Assembly: GCA_028534125.1 (NCBI GenBank)
Contig: CM052816.1
Location: 14,510,001 to 14,574,000, forward strand
Source of the DNA: Lama glama
Taxonomy: Eukaryota
Length of the DNA stretch: 64,000 nucleotides
Reading direction: 5' to 3'
Every line of letters begins with the position of its first letter. Positions within the stretch are counted from its first letter, which is position 1. The notes under the pieces are model-generated. The model was not told where the DNA came from. It searched no databases and saw only the letters and a list, made by a program, of their open reading frames with translations. The position numbers were made by a program, and so were the translations under genes. This document shows positions 60,565 to 64,000 of this stretch, piece after piece.

Positions 60565-60760
60565 ATTCTGAGCTCTGGGGTCAGACTTGGGTCCTTGGGG
60601 CTCTACCACTTCCTGGCCGTGTGAACTTTAAGCAAGTCACTTTCCTTTCTGTCCTTAGTGTTTCCAACTGAAAAATGAGAAATAATTATATTGCCCATTT
60701 TCAAGATTGGCACATGATGAAATAATGTATGTAAATCATCAAAACTGTTCCTAGGACATG
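60565..60760 (+). mobile_element. MIR SINE
   Basis: gctctggggtcagacttggg...ctctaccacttcctggccgtgtgaactttaagcaagtcacttt. Confidence 0.85.
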
Positions 60761-60769
60761 GTAAGTTGC

Positions 60770-61030
60770 AGCTCCATGCCAGGTGCTGCTCTCAGCCCCA
60801 GTGGGAGCGTCATGAGCAAGATTGGGAGACCCCTGCTTCCATCTCAGGAAGATGTGGGGAGATGACCATAAGCCAGGACACGAATCAATACAGGAATCCC
60901 AAAGAGTGATGGAGCTCTGAGGACAATGAAAAGGTGATGCGAGGGTGGGAGACAGATGGCTGATCTGGGAAGGCCTTTCTGCTGAAGTGACATTTGAGCT
61001 AAGAAGCCAGATAAGTTGGTCTGGAGGAGG
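60770..61030 (-). mobile_element. L2 LINE fragment
   Basis: gggaaggcctttctgctgaagtgacatttgagctaag. Confidence 0.7.
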
Positions 61031-61744
61031 AATTTTTGAAATGAGTCTCAAGGTTTATAAGCAGTGCAGGACCACATTTTCTGTATCCTCTGTGGTTTCA
61101 AAGAATTTGACCCCTCAACTCTCATCCCACCCAACTTCCTTGTCAGGATTTTCCCCTCTGGGCTGAGTCCCTCTGTTCCAGGGGGGGACTCACAGGTCCC
61201 AGGCCTGTGAGAAAGTGGTGGAGCTGGCAAGGGGCTAAGCTCTGTCCCCTCCTTCCTTGGCTCTCTTCCTCCCACGCTGCCCCTCCCTGGTTCTCTCCCC
61301 TTGCTGGCTGCCCAGGGTGATGGATGCCTCCTTCCCAGGCCTGAGTCATGTGCTGCCTCTTACAAGCTCTGGGTGATGTCTCTGCCACCGCTCCACTCCC
61401 CGCTCCACGCTGGCCCGGTGGGGAGGCAGATTTATAGGGGCTTTCCCTGGGGACACACATGAATTTCGCTTCACTCTGGCTTCAGGCTGCAGGAGAAGGG
61501 GCCGCTGCTCAGAGCCACCGTCGTCAATGCAGGCCAGGAAACAGACAGGGAGCCTTAGTTGTGCCGCCACCCAGCAGAGGCTGAGCAGGAGGTGAGGCCA
61601 GGCCAGATCTCCAGACTCTGTGTCCAGCGCTATTTTTCCTGGCACCCTTGGCTGCTTGCCCACATTTAGGGCTTTGTCAGGGTCCCAGCTTCTTGAGTTC
61701 CAGAGCTGGGTCTGTGCAGCCTCCTCTGAGTAGCTCTCAGCCCA

Positions 61745-62130
61745 GTGCCCTGCACAATTCATCTCACAGTGGCTCTGGGACTGATTGCTAGTGACTGTTT
61801 GTAGTGTGCATGTTGAGGAGGTTTTTGATGCTGCATGGGGCTTAGTAGGAAAGAGTGTTACAGTTCAGTGGTTCTCAAATTCCAGCCTGCATCAGAATCA
61901 CCTGGAGGGCTTATTAAAGCACAGATTGCTGGCTTCCAGCCCCAGAGTTTCCCATTCCAAGGGTCTGGTGTGAGGTCTGATCATTTGCATTTCTAACTAA
62001 TTCCCAGGTGATGCTGCTCCTGCTGGTCTGAGAACCACTTTGAGAATCACTGCTGTAATTGACTAGCACTGTCTGCTTTGGGTATGAGAACGGGAAATTG
62101 TGACAAGTATGGCATAAATTTGCCATCCCT
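61745..62130. mobile_element. hAT MITE (MER117-like) interrupted by MER5A
   Basis: gactgattgctagtgactg...gcttagtaggaaagagtg [MER5A] aattgactagcactgtctgc...aaatttgccatccct; same family as 12254-12412. Confidence 0.6.
61866..62052 (+). mobile_element. MER5A (hAT-Charlie), full length
   Basis: TIRs cagtggttctcaaa ... tttgagaatcactg; internal tgcatcagaatcacctggagggctt. Confidence 0.92.
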
Positions 62131-62179
62131 CTTCTAGTATGATTTCTGAATCTTTTTGTCATACCTTGCAAATCTTTAT

Positions 62180-62740
62180 TTCTTAGTCAGCCAGAGCAGT
62201 CTTTTCAAAATGCACATCTGATCATGTGACTTAAAACCCTCTGAGGACCCCAGATAAAGAGAAAAGACCACAGTGTGACCTCCAAGGTCCTGCAACAGTG
62301 TGGCCACCGCTCACTTCTCCAGCCTCACCCCACGTCTATGGCCACCTATGTCTCCCTTCAGTTCCTCTCATCTGCTAGCATCTCTTTGGGCACAGGGCAC
62401 TTGCACATGTTGTTCCCACTGTCTGAAACACTCCTGCCGCCAGTCAAGCTCCTTGCCAAACAAACTCCAATTTATTTCTCAGATCTCAGCTCAGTCATTG
62501 TTTCTTCAGGGAAGCTGTTCCTCACCCCCGTGACCTGCTCACATTCCCCCAGCATGTGTTCTCACAGCCCAGCAAGCCCTTTCTTTGAAGCGGTGAGCAC
62601 AATTGCAGTTATATGTGGGTGATTGTCTGATTAACGCCTGTCTAGCCCACCAGACCATGAGCTCCAGGAAGGCACGGACCTGTATTCTTCCCATTTATCC
62701 TTGATCCCTGGAGTCCAGCACAGGGCTCAGTAAATAGAAA
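62180..62740 (+). mobile_element. L2 LINE 3' fragment
   Basis: cagccagagcagtcttttcaaaatgcacatctgatcatgtgac...cacagggcacttgcacatgttgttccc...gagctccaggaaggca. Confidence 0.85.
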
Positions 62741-63214
62741 GAGAGCAAGAGAGGACGATGTTCTGAATTCCCACTGGGCTTCGGTTTAAAGTTTTTCTGG
62801 AGGACGAAGAGGCGACATGGTCCACAAGTAACAAACCAATGTTTTTTGAGCACCTATGGTGTTTACAGACATGTAGGCCTCAGTGCAGTTAGAGTTTTCC
62901 CCGCCCTTGGACGAAAGCAATCTTTGAGGTGGCCAGTGAGAAAGGGGAGAAGAAACTTGAACCCCCCTCTGAGGGTTGGTCCTTTGCTTTTGCATATGCT
63001 ACCTCATTTCTCAGGATAGATTAGCATTAGCATCCCCATTTTCCAGATGAAGAAACTGGGGCTCTGAGAGACCAAATGAGTTGTGTATGAGGCTTGTATG
63101 TGAATCCCCTTCTTTCTTCAAACCTGAAAGGAGTCTGAGGGGGCCTGATAAGAGAGAACACCAGTGCTAGGGCAGCTGAGGGGAGGGACTCAGTTTGGTC
63201 AGGCGGTTCAAGTC

Positions 63215-64000
63215 TGTTCATTCACGCATTCTACAGACCTCGTTGTGGGAGGTGCTGGTTATTCAGCAGTGGAAAGACAAAGTCCCTACCCTCAGGGAAC
63301 TTACATTCTAGTTATAGGAGACAGAGAATAAGTACACAGGAGAACTAGATATTGTCAGATAGTTGCAAATTCTATGAAGGAAGTAAATCAGGGTAACGAG
63401 CCAGTGTGTGAATATGGAGGGATATTTCATACGGAGAGTTCAAGGAAGGCCTTTTGGAGAAAGGGACATTTGAACTAAGTTATGAGAAGGCTCCAACCAG
63501 GGCCAACCGCTCCATTAGGGACAGTGGCCAAATACCTAGGGTCTCTAATTCTTTTAGGGGCCCGTGAACATGTTTCGATTTCTTTTAAAATCAGAAGGAA
63601 ACAATTAACTTCCAGGTAGAAGAAAATATTTTAGTATATAATATTAACATATTCATGCTTATACCAGTGCAGTCAGAATGTATAATTTGTATGTCTTTTA
63701 TGGAAGAAAGAACTCATAAAAGCAGAAGCACCTATGGCCCATGAAAATCATAATGTGGCCCTGTCTTCAATCATGGGAAAAGCCACAGAAGAGCATCTTG
63801 ACAGAGGGAAGAGCAAGTGCAAAGGCCCTGGGGTGGGAATGAGCTGGGCATGTTTGGGGAGCAGAAAGAATGTATGATGACTGGGGTGAGCTGGGTGGGC
63901 TGAGGAGAGTGATGAGGGATAAGGCTGCAGGGTCAGGTCGTCAAGGTCTGTGCAGAGACAGATGAAGGCCAAGGTGGGAAGGCGAGCTGATGACCAAGAG
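63215..64000 (-). mobile_element. L2 LINE fragment interrupted by a MER96B-like element
   Basis: ccctcagggaacttacattctag...gggacatttgaactaag [insert] cagagggaagagcaagtgcaaaggccctggggtgggaatgagctggg. Confidence 0.85.
63498..63763 (-). mobile_element. hAT-Tip100 MITE (MER96B-like)
   Basis: TIRs cagggcc ... ggccctg; internal tttcttttaaaatcagaagg, gcccatgaaaatcataatg; degenerate TSD gctccaac/tcttcaat. Confidence 0.75.

Noticed and set aside
12..63972. The supplied six-frame ORFs (60-223 aa) as protein-coding genes
   Set aside because: None resembles a known domain. Many begin at GTG/TTG, overlap on both strands, or translate microsatellites and repeats (THTHTH, ARARAR), as expected for GC-rich non-coding DNA.

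Overview
64 kb of GC-rich, non-coding eutherian DNA, probably from a camelid (two tRNA-derived SINEs resemble the Tylopoda vic-1 family). I find no credible protein-coding exon, RNA gene or CRISPR array; the six-frame ORFs look spurious. The window holds dense ancient repeats (MIR, L2, L3/CR1, MLT1, MER21, hAT and Tigger MITEs), microsatellites and three CpG-enriched patches. It also has more than ten repeat-free AT-rich islands packed with homeodomain, POU, SOX and FOX motifs, which suggests a large intron or gene desert around a developmental or neural gene. I could not identify the locus. Best leads: a candidate minus-strand TATA promoter and first exon (~6.4 kb) beside a POU-POU-SOX element and a (CG)14 tract; a ~100-nt orphan poly(A) retrocopy with a target-site duplication (TSD) inside an LTR; a double POU4F-like palindrome (56.7 kb); a still-translatable CR1 fossil (60.3 kb); four RFX X-box-like motifs; and a strong CTCF motif. 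Repeat names come from recalled consensus sequences, repeat boundaries are approximate, and conservation is inferred rather than measured. The sequence alone does not demonstrate a novel biological system.
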